Assembly (NCBI GenBank): GCA_036278595.1 | Contig: DASUKS010000265.1 | Location: 1-44,203, forward strand | From: Dehalococcoidia bacterium | Lineage (GTDB): Bacteria > Chloroflexota > Dehalococcoidia > DSTF01 > JACRBR01 | Direction: 5' to 3' | Length of the DNA: 44,203 bases | Part shown: one piece after another, positions 22,277 to 29,194 of the stretch | Layout of the letters: each line of letters begins with the position of its first letter | How positions within the stretch are numbered: the first letter of the stretch is position 1 | Notes under the pieces: generated by a model | What the model was told of the DNA's origin: nothing | The model's database searches: none | The model's input: the letters and a program-made list of their open reading frames with translations, nothing else | Translations under genes and position numbers: made by a program

Positions 22277-22882
22277 CGTCGCAGCCTCCTTGAGATTTGT
22301 TATGACCTACGCGGACCGTGCGATTCGCGATGTCGGGAGTCTGAGCGTAACGGAGATCAACCACACCCTGTGAGGTGAGGATTAGGCGTTACACATGGTT
22401 ATTGTCTGCTACATCCGACCCGGTTTGTCTTACTGCGCGCGATGTTCGTTCGTGCGCCCGCGACCGCGTCGGCGCGCATCATCTCGCTTATGTCGCGGGC
22501 CGGGCATTATGCGCACGCGCGCGGACCGCGCTTCGACGGTCAGCGCAGCACAACGACGCGTACGCAAGCAGTTCGCCGCGACAACGGCGAGCATCCGCCG
22601 GCCCGCCGCGATACGCCATACGACTTCTCGATACACATCTTGGTTATGTCAATGCCCGCAACGGCACTCCACCGTATCGGCAAAAGCGCAAGCGTCCGCG
22701 CCTGTTCGGGCGGCCAAGAACTCGGTAGCGAAATGGCGAGTGCTGGCGACTCGAACGCCCGCATCAGGCGCAGATACTGCCAGCGTTCGAGGCGGCCGCT
22801 CACAGGTCTGGAAGACCGGTTGATGAGCGGCTACCTCGACCCTTCATCTTCAGCCCGAGGCGCGCAACAAGGAGGCTGCAGC

Positions 22883-23383
22883 ATGTCAGAACTCGTAGCA
22901 CTGGCGTTCGATACCCCGGACGCCGCGGAGCAGATGCGCGACCGGCTCGTGTCGCTGCAGCGTCAGCACCTGATTAGCCTGGCCGATGCGGCGGTGGTGA
23001 AACGCGCCATGGATGGCAAGGTCAAGGTCAAGCAGGCGACGAACCTCGCGGGCGCCGGCGCGCTCGGCGGCGGCTTCTGGGGGATGCTGATCGGCCTGCT
23101 CTTCTTCGCGCCATGGCTCGGGCTCGCCGTCGGCGCCGTGACCGGTGCGCTCGCGGGCAAGTTCAGCGACATCGGCGTCGACGACAAGTTCATCAAGGAC
23201 GTCGGCAGCACGATCAAGCCCGGTAACTCCGCACTCTTCCTTCTCGTCGACCAGGTGACCCCGGACCGCGTGATGGAAGAGCTAAAGGATTTCCAGGGCG
23301 CGAAGGTCATCAAGACCTCGCTCAGCAAGGAGCAGGAGCAGCGGCTGAAGGACGCCTTCGGCGCAGAAGAAGACGCCGCCTAA
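22883..23383 (+). CDS. DUF1269-family membrane protein
   Basis: ATG 22883 after AAGGAGG. MSELVALAFDTPDAAEQMRDRLVSLQRQHLISLADAAVVKR, the glycine-zipper TM AGAGALGGGFWGMLIGLLFFAPWLGLAVGAVTGALAG, then DDKFIKDVGSTIKPGNSALFLLV...KTSLSKEQEQRLKDAF. This closely fits the DUF1269 (COG4803) pattern from memory. Confidence 0.85.
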   Translation: MSELVALAFDTPDAAEQMRDRLVSLQRQHLISLADAAVVKRAMDGKVKVKQATNLAGAGALGGGFWGMLIGLLFFAPWLGLAVGAVTGALAGKFSDIGVDDKFIKDVGSTIKPGNSALFLLVDQVTPDRVMEELKDFQGAKVIKTSLSKEQEQRLKDAFGAEEDAA

Positions 23384-23637
23384 TCCCTGCCAGCGGCGCG
23401 GCGCGGGCCCCCGACTCTCCAGGACTCCTTCCCCGCGCCGCGCCGGTGCAACATCGCGCACGTCCACACGTCCCGCCGAAGAGCGCGGCCCGAAACCCGC
23501 AAGACCCACGACACAACGATGCACACACACGGCAATGATCTGCCACGACGTGAATAGCTATTAGGAATTGTTGTGCCATACCGCCGCTCGAAGAATGAAG
23601 CGGAGGCGAACACTACACCCAATCGCCTTCCGAGGAG

Positions 23638-24114
23638 ATGCGGACGATGAGCAGCGCAAGCCGCGGATACGACGAGTACGGCCGATATCGCGATGTCACA
23701 CCGCCGGGAGAGATGGCCCCGAATCCGGTGGACCGGATTCTGAACGGATGGACGGCGTTCTCCGGCGTGATGCTGTTGCTCGCCGGATGCTTCGGCGCGG
23801 TGAACGGCGTCATCGCGCTGCTGAACAGCCACGTCTACGTCCCGACGCAGGAGGGCGCGATCCTCTTTGACTTCACGCAGTGGGGATGGATCCATGTGAT
23901 CGGCGGCGGGTTCGTCGCACTCATCGGGATTGTGGTCATGAGTACCGGGGCGACGTGGGCGCGCGTGCTCGGCATCCTCGCCGCGCTGCTCCAGGCGATC
24001 GGCATGGTGGCATTCATCCAGGCCTACCCGTTCTGGACGATCGCGACCATCGCGCTCGATGTCACGGTGATCTACGGCCTGCTCGTCTCGCCGTACCGGA
24101 TGCAGCAAATGTAG
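23638..24114 (+). CDS. DUF7144-like four-TM membrane protein
   Basis: GWTAFSGVMLLLAGCFGAVNGVIALLN...FDFTQWGWIHVIGGGFVALIGIVVMSTGATWARVLGILAALLQAIGMVAFIQAYPFWTIATIALDVTVIYGLLV. The second ATG at 23647 has better spacing to GAGGAG (9 nt) and may be the true start. Confidence 0.7.
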   Translation: MRTMSSASRGYDEYGRYRDVTPPGEMAPNPVDRILNGWTAFSGVMLLLAGCFGAVNGVIALLNSHVYVPTQEGAILFDFTQWGWIHVIGGGFVALIGIVVMSTGATWARVLGILAALLQAIGMVAFIQAYPFWTIATIALDVTVIYGLLVSPYRMQQM

Positions 24115-24175
24115 AAACACGTCGGCCCCGCACGCCGCAAACGAACTGAACGCCCAGCACCAGGAGGAGAATCCA

Positions 24176-24679
24176 ATGACCACAACCGAATCCGGCATCG
24201 ACCTCTTCATCGCCGAATACGATGACCCGTCGATGGCCGACAGCAACTGGGATCAGATCAAGCAGCTCGCGAAGGACGATGTGATCGACGTCGAGGGGCT
24301 GCTGCTCCTGAGCCGCGACGCGAACGGGAAGCTGAAGGTGAAGGACGACGCCCACGACGTAAAGAAGGGCGCCAAGGTCGGGGCAGTGGCCGGCGCTGTC
24401 GTTGGCCTCATCTTCCCGCCATCGATCATCGGCGGCGCAATCGTTGGCGCTGCGGCCGGCGGCGGGATCGGTGCGCTCCGCTCCCGCGGCAAGAAGCACG
24501 ACATCAAGGAGAACGTCGAGGAGGTGCTCCCGCCCAACAGCTCCGGGATCGTCGTGCTCTTCAGAGAGCGCTGGGTCGAGGATGTGGAATCCGCCCTGGC
24601 AGACGCCGACAACCTCAAGAAGCACGAGATCGATGAGGGCAGCGCCGCATCCGTCAAGTCCGCCGTCGAGAGCCTCTAG
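24176..24679 (+). CDS. DUF1269-like membrane protein (second, divergent copy)
   Basis: Same layout as 22883..23383: a soluble N-domain, the glycine-zipper TM GAKVGAVAGAVVGLIFPPSIIGGAIVGAAAGGGIGAL, then a soluble C-domain (SSGIVVLFRERWVEDVESAL). SD AGGAGGAG lies 6 nt upstream. Confidence 0.7.
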   Translation: MTTTESGIDLFIAEYDDPSMADSNWDQIKQLAKDDVIDVEGLLLLSRDANGKLKVKDDAHDVKKGAKVGAVAGAVVGLIFPPSIIGGAIVGAAAGGGIGALRSRGKKHDIKENVEEVLPPNSSGIVVLFRERWVEDVESALADADNLKKHEIDEGSAASVKSAVESL

Positions 24680-24717
24680 TAGCTCACATCCCACACGTAC
24701 CGACGCTCCAAACGCAG

Positions 24718-24746
24718 GCGGGTCCGCTTCTGAGAAGCGGGCCCGC
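24718..24746 (+). terminator. Hairpin terminator after the second DUF1269-like gene
   Basis: GCGGGTCCGCTTC-TGA-GAAGCGGGCCCGC, a 13-bp stem with one G-U pair, 39 nt after the stop. Followed by GTTGCGTCG, a weak U-tract. Confidence 0.55.
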
Positions 24747-24975
24747 GTTGCGTCGTCCGCACACACGTGCGATGCAAGCCTCACTCAGGATGCGCGATGC
24801 TGTCGTCTCGATGCGCCCGACGCCCCACTCCCCGACGTAGCGGCGAGCCGTGCGCTCGACGCCCACAGACCATCGCCCGCACACGAGCGCTCGCCGGCGG
24901 CCATCAGCACGCGCATCTTGCACGATCACTACGACGGCGGCCGGCGAGCGCTCGCGTGCTCGCTGCAACAACAAA

Positions 24976-25002
24976 CGACCGGCAGAACTCGTCTGCCGGT
25001 CG
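24976..25002 (-). terminator. Rho-independent terminator of the DUF2550-like/DUF6325-like/SHOCT operon
   Basis: CGACCGGCAGA-(5 nt)-TCTGCCGGTCG, an 11-bp stem. On the minus strand it is followed by TTTGTTGTTG. It lies 66 nt past the SHOCT gene stop. Confidence 0.6.
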
Positions 25003-25067
25003 CTGCTCCCATCGGTTCGATGGTTGTGCGGCGATTATGCGATGTGCCCCGGGCGCCCGGTGGGCGG

Positions 25068-25346
25068 TTAGATCCCGAGGATCGCCTTCTTCTTCGACTG
25101 AAACTCCTGCTCCGTGATCACGCCCTGCGCCTTGAGCTGTGCGAGGCGTTCCAACTCCGCCGTGTAGTCCGGCTCAGCCGCGGGCGCGTACGACTGCGTC
25201 GCCATCGCCTGCTGCTCATTCTCGGCGGACCATCGGTCGTACTGGCGCTTCTGCACGCGGCCGCTCACCGCCGTGGCGGTGCCCGCCACGACCGCCGTGG
25301 TCGCTGCCGCGCGGATCAGTCCCGGCCCTCGTCTTCTCATCATCAT
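25068..25346 (-). CDS. SHOCT-domain protein (92 aa, N-terminal TM/Gly-Ala segment)
   Basis: Starts at a triple ATG (MMMRRRGPGLIRAAATTAVVAGTATAVSG). The C-terminal ELERLAQLKAQGVITEQEFQSKKKAILGI is a SHOCT motif. The start overlaps the upstream stop (ATGA). Confidence 0.7.
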   Translation of the reverse strand: MMMRRRGPGLIRAAATTAVVAGTATAVSGRVQKRQYDRWSAENEQQAMATQSYAPAAEPDYTAELERLAQLKAQGVITEQEFQSKKKAILGI

Positions 25347-25786
25347 GACTTCGATCCTCCCGCGGCCTCCGCGTACTGGAGCGCCGCATCGACCACCTGA
25401 TACGGCACACGCTCGAGGTCGAGCAACACGCCGCCTGCCTCGCGGATCGCGCCCTTCAGCTTCGTCGCCCAGACGTCCTCCCACACGAGCACCGCGGCCG
25501 ACGAATCGGGATCGAGTTCCTCGCCCACCGCCAGGAGGTCGTCTTCGCTGATGAGCTGACCTGCCTCCGCCTCCACCGCCCGGAACGCCTTGCCGATGTC
25601 CGACTCTTCGTCCTCCAGCTCGGTCGCGAAGACGCTGCCCTCTTCATCCTTCATGACGAAGGCGAGATCCAGCACTCGAATCGTGCCCGCATCCGTAAGC
25701 GCGCTGAGCGCGGGCGCGATCGTGCCGTCGAGCCTGTTATGAGGGAACGCCACCACCATGTATTCAACCGGTCCGACTTCGTTCAT
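25343..25786 (-). CDS. DUF6325-like protein
   Basis: MNEVGPVEYMVVAFPHNRLDGTIAPALSALTDAGTIRVLDLAFVMKDEEG...AAVLVWEDVWATKLKGAIREAGGVLL matches my recollection of the DUF6325 family. SD AGGAG lies 8 nt upstream. The ATGA overlap links it to the upstream gene. Confidence 0.7.
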   Translation of the reverse strand: MNEVGPVEYMVVAFPHNRLDGTIAPALSALTDAGTIRVLDLAFVMKDEEGSVFATELEDEESDIGKAFRAVEAEAGQLISEDDLLAVGEELDPDSSAAVLVWEDVWATKLKGAIREAGGVLLDLERVPYQVVDAALQYAEAAGGSKS

Positions 25787-26313
25787 CGTCGTAACTCCTG
25801 CTCCTTTCGTTCCTCGCTCTGTCTCTGCGCCCGTTTGACGAGCCGTGCCAGGTCCTCGAGCATGCGCGGATCTCTCCGCGTGCCGCGGACCGCGCGCGGC
25901 CGGACAAACGGCTCCAGCAGCCTCTCGCGGTCGCGCCGTGCGGCCGCCACCTCGATTACCGCACCGCCCTCAAGCCAGACTGTCATCACGAGCGGGTACA
26001 ACCCGAGGCCCGGCGCCTGGCGCGACTCCATATCGGACAGTCGGTAGCGGACGGTGGTGACTTCGAGCGCCCGAACGCGTGATAGTGTGATCCCGCTCCA
26101 CACGAGCAACACGTCGCGGACCCATCGTGCATACGCCGCGCTCTGTGCGAATTCGCGGCGCAAGCCCTCGACATCGCCCGATACCGCACGCACCGCGCAG
26201 CGGAACGTCCGCGGCGCGGTTCGCACCTGGCGCCGGTGGATCTGCACGGCGCTCAATGTCAGCGTGCTGATCGCGGCCGCGATGCCGCACAGGAGGATGA
26301 GCGAGGCCAGCAC
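25783..26313 (-). CDS. DUF2550-like single-TM protein
   Basis: GTG start after GAGAGG. N-terminal TM (LASLILLCGIAAAISTLTL), then FRCAVRAV...AYARWVRDVLLVWSGITLSRVRALEV...VMTVWLEGGAVIEVAA. The assignment rests on pattern similarity to DUF2550 recalled from memory. Confidence 0.5.
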   Translation of the reverse strand: MLASLILLCGIAAAISTLTLSAVQIHRRQVRTAPRTFRCAVRAVSGDVEGLRREFAQSAAYARWVRDVLLVWSGITLSRVRALEVTTVRYRLSDMESRQAPGLGLYPLVMTVWLEGGAVIEVAAARRDRERLLEPFVRPRAVRGTRRDPRMLEDLARLVKRAQRQSEERKEQELRR

Positions 26314-26671
26314 GTCACCTCTCGCGATACGTGAATTCGCCGTGGCGAGTCACACCCGGGCGTGTCGCATGCACCGGCACGGCTTTCGCAGTATCGGCGT
26401 CGCGTTCGCCGGGGCACGTCGCGAGGAGTCGCCATTCGCGTACCGAGTTGTAAGAGTGGTACGCCAGCCGCGGACGACGTCGGAGACGCACACCCGGCGT
26501 CTCCCTCCAGCCGCTCGCGCGTACTGAACATCTGCCGCCTTCCGTCGCAACTCTTGCGATGCGCCGCACCGGGGCCGCTGGCTACGTTCATACTGGCCGG
26601 CGCATCGCATCGCGTCCATCTCCCGTGGAGCTCTGCGACTGGCCCGCCATCAACAAACGAGGTGAGCGCGC

Positions 26672-27001
26672 ATGGATTGGGGTTCGTTCTGGTCGATTCT
26701 CTTCGTCATGTTCATCATGGTTCCGCTGATCCTGGTCTGGTTCTTCGCGATCGTCGATCTCTTCTTACGCCCGGATCTCCGTGGCGTCTCGAAAGTGCTC
26801 TGGCTCTTCGGCATCATCTTCTTTCCCGTCCTCGGGACGCTCGTCTACCTGATCACCAAGCCGGCCTACCCGATGCCCCGTAACCCCCAGCCGGCCGAGG
26901 TCGCGGGAACGCTGACCCAGTTGAAGTCGATGCACACAGCGGGCGTTCTCAACGATCAGCAGTACGAAGCGCAGCGCGCACGTCTGCTGGCCGCAGCCTG
27001 A
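26672..27001 (+). CDS. Small membrane protein, PLDc_N + SHOCT domain, paralogue 3
   Basis: MDWGSFWSILFV...VWFFAIVDLF...VLWLFGIIFFPVLGTLVYLITKP plus LKSMHTAGVLNDQQYEAQRARLL. SD GAGGTGAG lies upstream. Confidence 0.8.
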   Translation: MDWGSFWSILFVMFIMVPLILVWFFAIVDLFLRPDLRGVSKVLWLFGIIFFPVLGTLVYLITKPAYPMPRNPQPAEVAGTLTQLKSMHTAGVLNDQQYEAQRARLLAAA

Positions 27002-27022
27002 GGACACCGAGAGGAGAGCGAT

Positions 27023-27577
27023 ATGAGATCGCGACGACGCCTGGTATGCACCATGACGGCAGCGCTGATGGTGATGGCCCTCGCCGCTGCAAGTTGCGGC
27101 GGCGGCAGCTCATCGGACAACACGCCGACGACGGGCCCGACAACGACGTCGGCCGGTTCGGCGACGGCAGCCGGCGGCGTGGCAGGCGCGGCGACGACGC
27201 CCGGCGCATCCGAAAGCGGCACGCCGAATGATGCCGCGCGGCAACAGCTCTGCGCGTCGATCGATCAGTTCCGTGATTCGCTCGGCGCGATCACTTCGAG
27301 CCGCAGCCTCGACGATATTCAGGCGGCCGCGATGCAGACGAAGGCATCCGCTCAGAACTTGAAGTCGGCCGCGCAGCAGGCGCACGCGTCAGGTTCGGAG
27401 CGGCTCGATTCGGCGCTCGACGACTTCACGTCGTCAATCGACCAGGCGACATCCGGTGACCAGCCCGTCACCCAGACGATCACCGCCGTTACGAGCGCCG
27501 TCACGAAGATCCAGTCGTCCCTCCAGCAGGTGCAGCAGACGAACTGCTCCAGCGCGGCGGCGACGGCCACCCCGTAG
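27023..27577 (+). CDS. Putative secreted lipoprotein (184 aa)
   Basis: Signal peptide with lipobox MVMALAAAS-C, then a G/S/T/P linker and a helical Q/A/S-rich domain with two Cys. SD GAGAGGAGAG upstream. Starts 21 nt after the PLDc_N paralogue 3. Confidence 0.7.
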   Translation: MRSRRRLVCTMTAALMVMALAAASCGGGSSSDNTPTTGPTTTSAGSATAAGGVAGAATTPGASESGTPNDAARQQLCASIDQFRDSLGAITSSRSLDDIQAAAMQTKASAQNLKSAAQQAHASGSERLDSALDDFTSSIDQATSGDQPVTQTITAVTSAVTKIQSSLQQVQQTNCSSAAATATP

Positions 27578-27657
27578 CGATACGCCGTGTACGCGGCTGG
27601 GCGTGTGAACGCTCGCATAGCATGACTGCCTTGAATCGCAGTTGGGTGCAAGTCGGG

Positions 27658-28191
27658 CTAGTGCGACGTCAGCGCCGCCTTCACCAGGACAACGACAACG
27701 GCGATCGAGAGCATCGCCGCACCGAAGAGCAGCGCGCGCAGTTGTCGGCTGCCGGCCATGCGCGCCGTCACGTACGAAAAGGTGCCGACGAACCCGGCCG
27801 TCATGTACTCGGCTACCGTAATCGCGGCTGAGTTGTCCAAGACGATGAACGGCACCGTCAGCGCGGCCGCGACGCAGACCGCCGCGGCCAGTTGAAGCCA
27901 GATGGCGCTCCAGTCGTGGCGGCTCAGTCTTCCGCCCCCAACAGCGCGGTTGGCGAGCTGAAAGGCGAAGATGTGGGCGGTCGTCAGCCCCAATGCCGCA
28001 CCCCAGAGCGCGCCCACTGCTTCCCGCGTGTCACCGCGTGTCTGGCTGAGCACCACAAGCTCGGCGGCCAGCACGAGCGAAACGTAGAGGCTCATCGTAA
28101 GTGCCTCGGACCACGCATGCTCTGCAGGGCTGCGTACGCTCCGAGGAGTGGCTCGATATGTCGATTCCACGGCTGACCGACGGTGATTCAT
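27658..28191 (-). CDS. Integral membrane protein (about 5 TM), unknown family
   Basis: Internal ATG 28191 of ORF 27658..28440. From here the sequence is hydrophobic and TM-rich (LYVSLVLAAELVVLS, ALWGAALGLTTAHIFAF, LQLAAAVCVAAALTVPFIVL, LLFGAAMLSIAVVVVLV). It begins 7 nt after the upstream stop. Confidence 0.55.
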   Translation of the reverse strand: MNHRRSAVESTYRATPRSVRSPAEHAWSEALTMSLYVSLVLAAELVVLSQTRGDTREAVGALWGAALGLTTAHIFAFQLANRAVGGGRLSRHDWSAIWLQLAAAVCVAAALTVPFIVLDNSAAITVAEYMTAGFVGTFSYVTARMAGSRQLRALLFGAAMLSIAVVVVLVKAALTSH

Positions 28192-28198
28192 GGCTCCG

Positions 28199-28807
28199 TC
28201 ATTGAAGGTGAATCGCGATCGCACCGTCTTCTTCGCCAACCCGTACCACCAACGACCGTGCGACAGTGCGAGCGTTATGCGCGAAGACCGCGATCTCGAT
28301 CGCATGCTCATGCTCACCCGCGAGCTCCGTCGTGAATCCGGGATCAAAGTCCGTATTGTCGAATGTTTCGATGTGCCATGGGCGGCACGCCGGCCGAAGC
28401 AGCACGTTGAGGAACTCCCGCTGGTCACGGCGAAGGTCAACGGCGTGGAACCCGAGCGCCCGTGGCGTCCCTGCCCATCGGAGCTGCAACGGATCGACGT
28501 CCGCCCTCAGCACGCCGCCCGTCTTCAGGCTGGTCATGCGCCCGATGCACCCGTGCGCCGTATCCCTGCCCGTATTTTCGACGCCGACACGCACCCAGAG
28601 CGCGCGTGTTCCATCGCGGATCGTTGCCTCCCGGCACCACGGCTCACGCTGCTCGAATGTGATGCGGATGCTCGGCCGCCCGAGCGCCTCGAACACGCGG
28701 AGCGACGCAAGCAGCGCCACGAGCGCGACGATAAACGTCGCGATCGCCGCAGCCCATGCCGAGACGGGACCCCAGACGAAGAGCAACACGTATGTCGATG
28801 CTACCAA
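28199..28807 (-). CDS. Hypothetical N-terminally membrane-anchored protein (202 aa)
   Basis: Codons on this strand end mostly in G/C. It has an N-terminal TM (VLLFVWGPVSAWAAAIATFIVALVALLASL) followed by a balanced globular region. The two overlapping plus-strand ORFs are R/S/P/A-rich. Start is TTG 28807 or GTG 28789, and neither has a clear SD. Confidence 0.5.
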   Translation of the reverse strand: MVASTYVLLFVWGPVSAWAAAIATFIVALVALLASLRVFEALGRPSIRITFEQREPWCREATIRDGTRALWVRVGVENTGRDTAHGCIGRMTSLKTGGVLRADVDPLQLRWAGTPRALGFHAVDLRRDQREFLNVLLRPACRPWHIETFDNTDFDPGFTTELAGEHEHAIEIAVFAHNARTVARSLVVRVGEEDGAIAIHLQ

Positions 28808-28947
28808 CGCAGGGCGCCGTCACCGGTCACCAAACCTCGCACCCTTCGCGGCAGTTCTTGGGCATCGTGACCAACGATCGATGCGGCACGCAGTCGCGAG
28901 CGACGGCCGCGCAATCGTCATTCGCGGCAGCGCGTCGGAACTCGTTT

Positions 28948-28980
28948 GAAAACAGCACGGCCGGTCTCGCGGCCGGCCGT
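28948..28980 (-). terminator. Rho-independent terminator downstream of tRNA-Trp
   Basis: ACGGCCGG-(8 nt)-CCGGCCGT stem. On the minus strand it is followed by GCTGTTTTCAAAC. It begins 14 nt past the tRNA 3' end. Confidence 0.5.
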
Positions 28981-28993
28981 AGATTCAGATCAG

Positions 28994-29069
28994 TGGCACG
29001 GGTGGAGGGACTCGAACCCCCGACCGGCGGTTTTGGAGACCGCTGCTCTTCCAGCTGAGCTACACCCGT
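28994..29069 (-). tRNA. tRNA-Trp: tRNA-Trp (anticodon CCA), 76 nt, CCA end encoded
   Basis: The reverse complement folds as a cloverleaf by hand: ACGGGTG TA GCTC AGCTGGAA GAGC A GCGGT CTCCAAA ACCGC CGGTC GGGGG TTCGAGT CCCTC CACCCGT G CCA. It has 7/4/5/5-bp stems and anticodon loop CU-CCA-AA. The A1-U72 pair and G73 discriminator are as in bacterial tRNA-Trp. Confidence 0.93.
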
Positions 29070-29079
29070 GCGCATCGGC

Positions 29080-29108
29080 AGTATAGGCGACGTGCGATGC
29101 TCGCCCAA
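29080..29108 (-). promoter_or_regulatory. Candidate sigma70-type promoter of tRNA-Trp (TTGGGC-N17-TATACT)
   Basis: On the minus strand TATACT ends 11 nt before the mature tRNA 5' end. TTGGGC lies 17 nt further upstream. This is sequence pattern only. Confidence 0.4.
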
Positions 29109-29194
29109 CGCGTCCGCAATGCGCAGCGAATCAGCCGCGCCGGGCGACGGCGGGCCTTGAGCGCGCTCGCTCCCGCCGTGCCGCATACTGCGCC

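Noticed and set aside
24402-25400. 332-aa plus-strand ORF spanning the convergent intergenic region
   Set aside because: It crosses two terminator hairpins and the SHOCT gene in antisense. The product is S/R/P/A-rich.
28190-28949. Plus-strand ORFs 28190-28870 and 28266-28949, competing with the minus-strand ORF 28199-28807
   Set aside because: Both plus-strand products are R/S/P/A-rich. The minus-strand frame has G/C-ending codons, an N-terminal TM helix and a balanced composition. The minus strand was kept with only moderate confidence.
28808-29194. Integrated mobile element or prophage at tRNA-Trp
   Set aside because: I recognised no integrase, recombinase, transposase or phage-like gene anywhere in the window. 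I also saw no duplicate of the tRNA 3' end by eye, though only a computational repeat search could exclude one.
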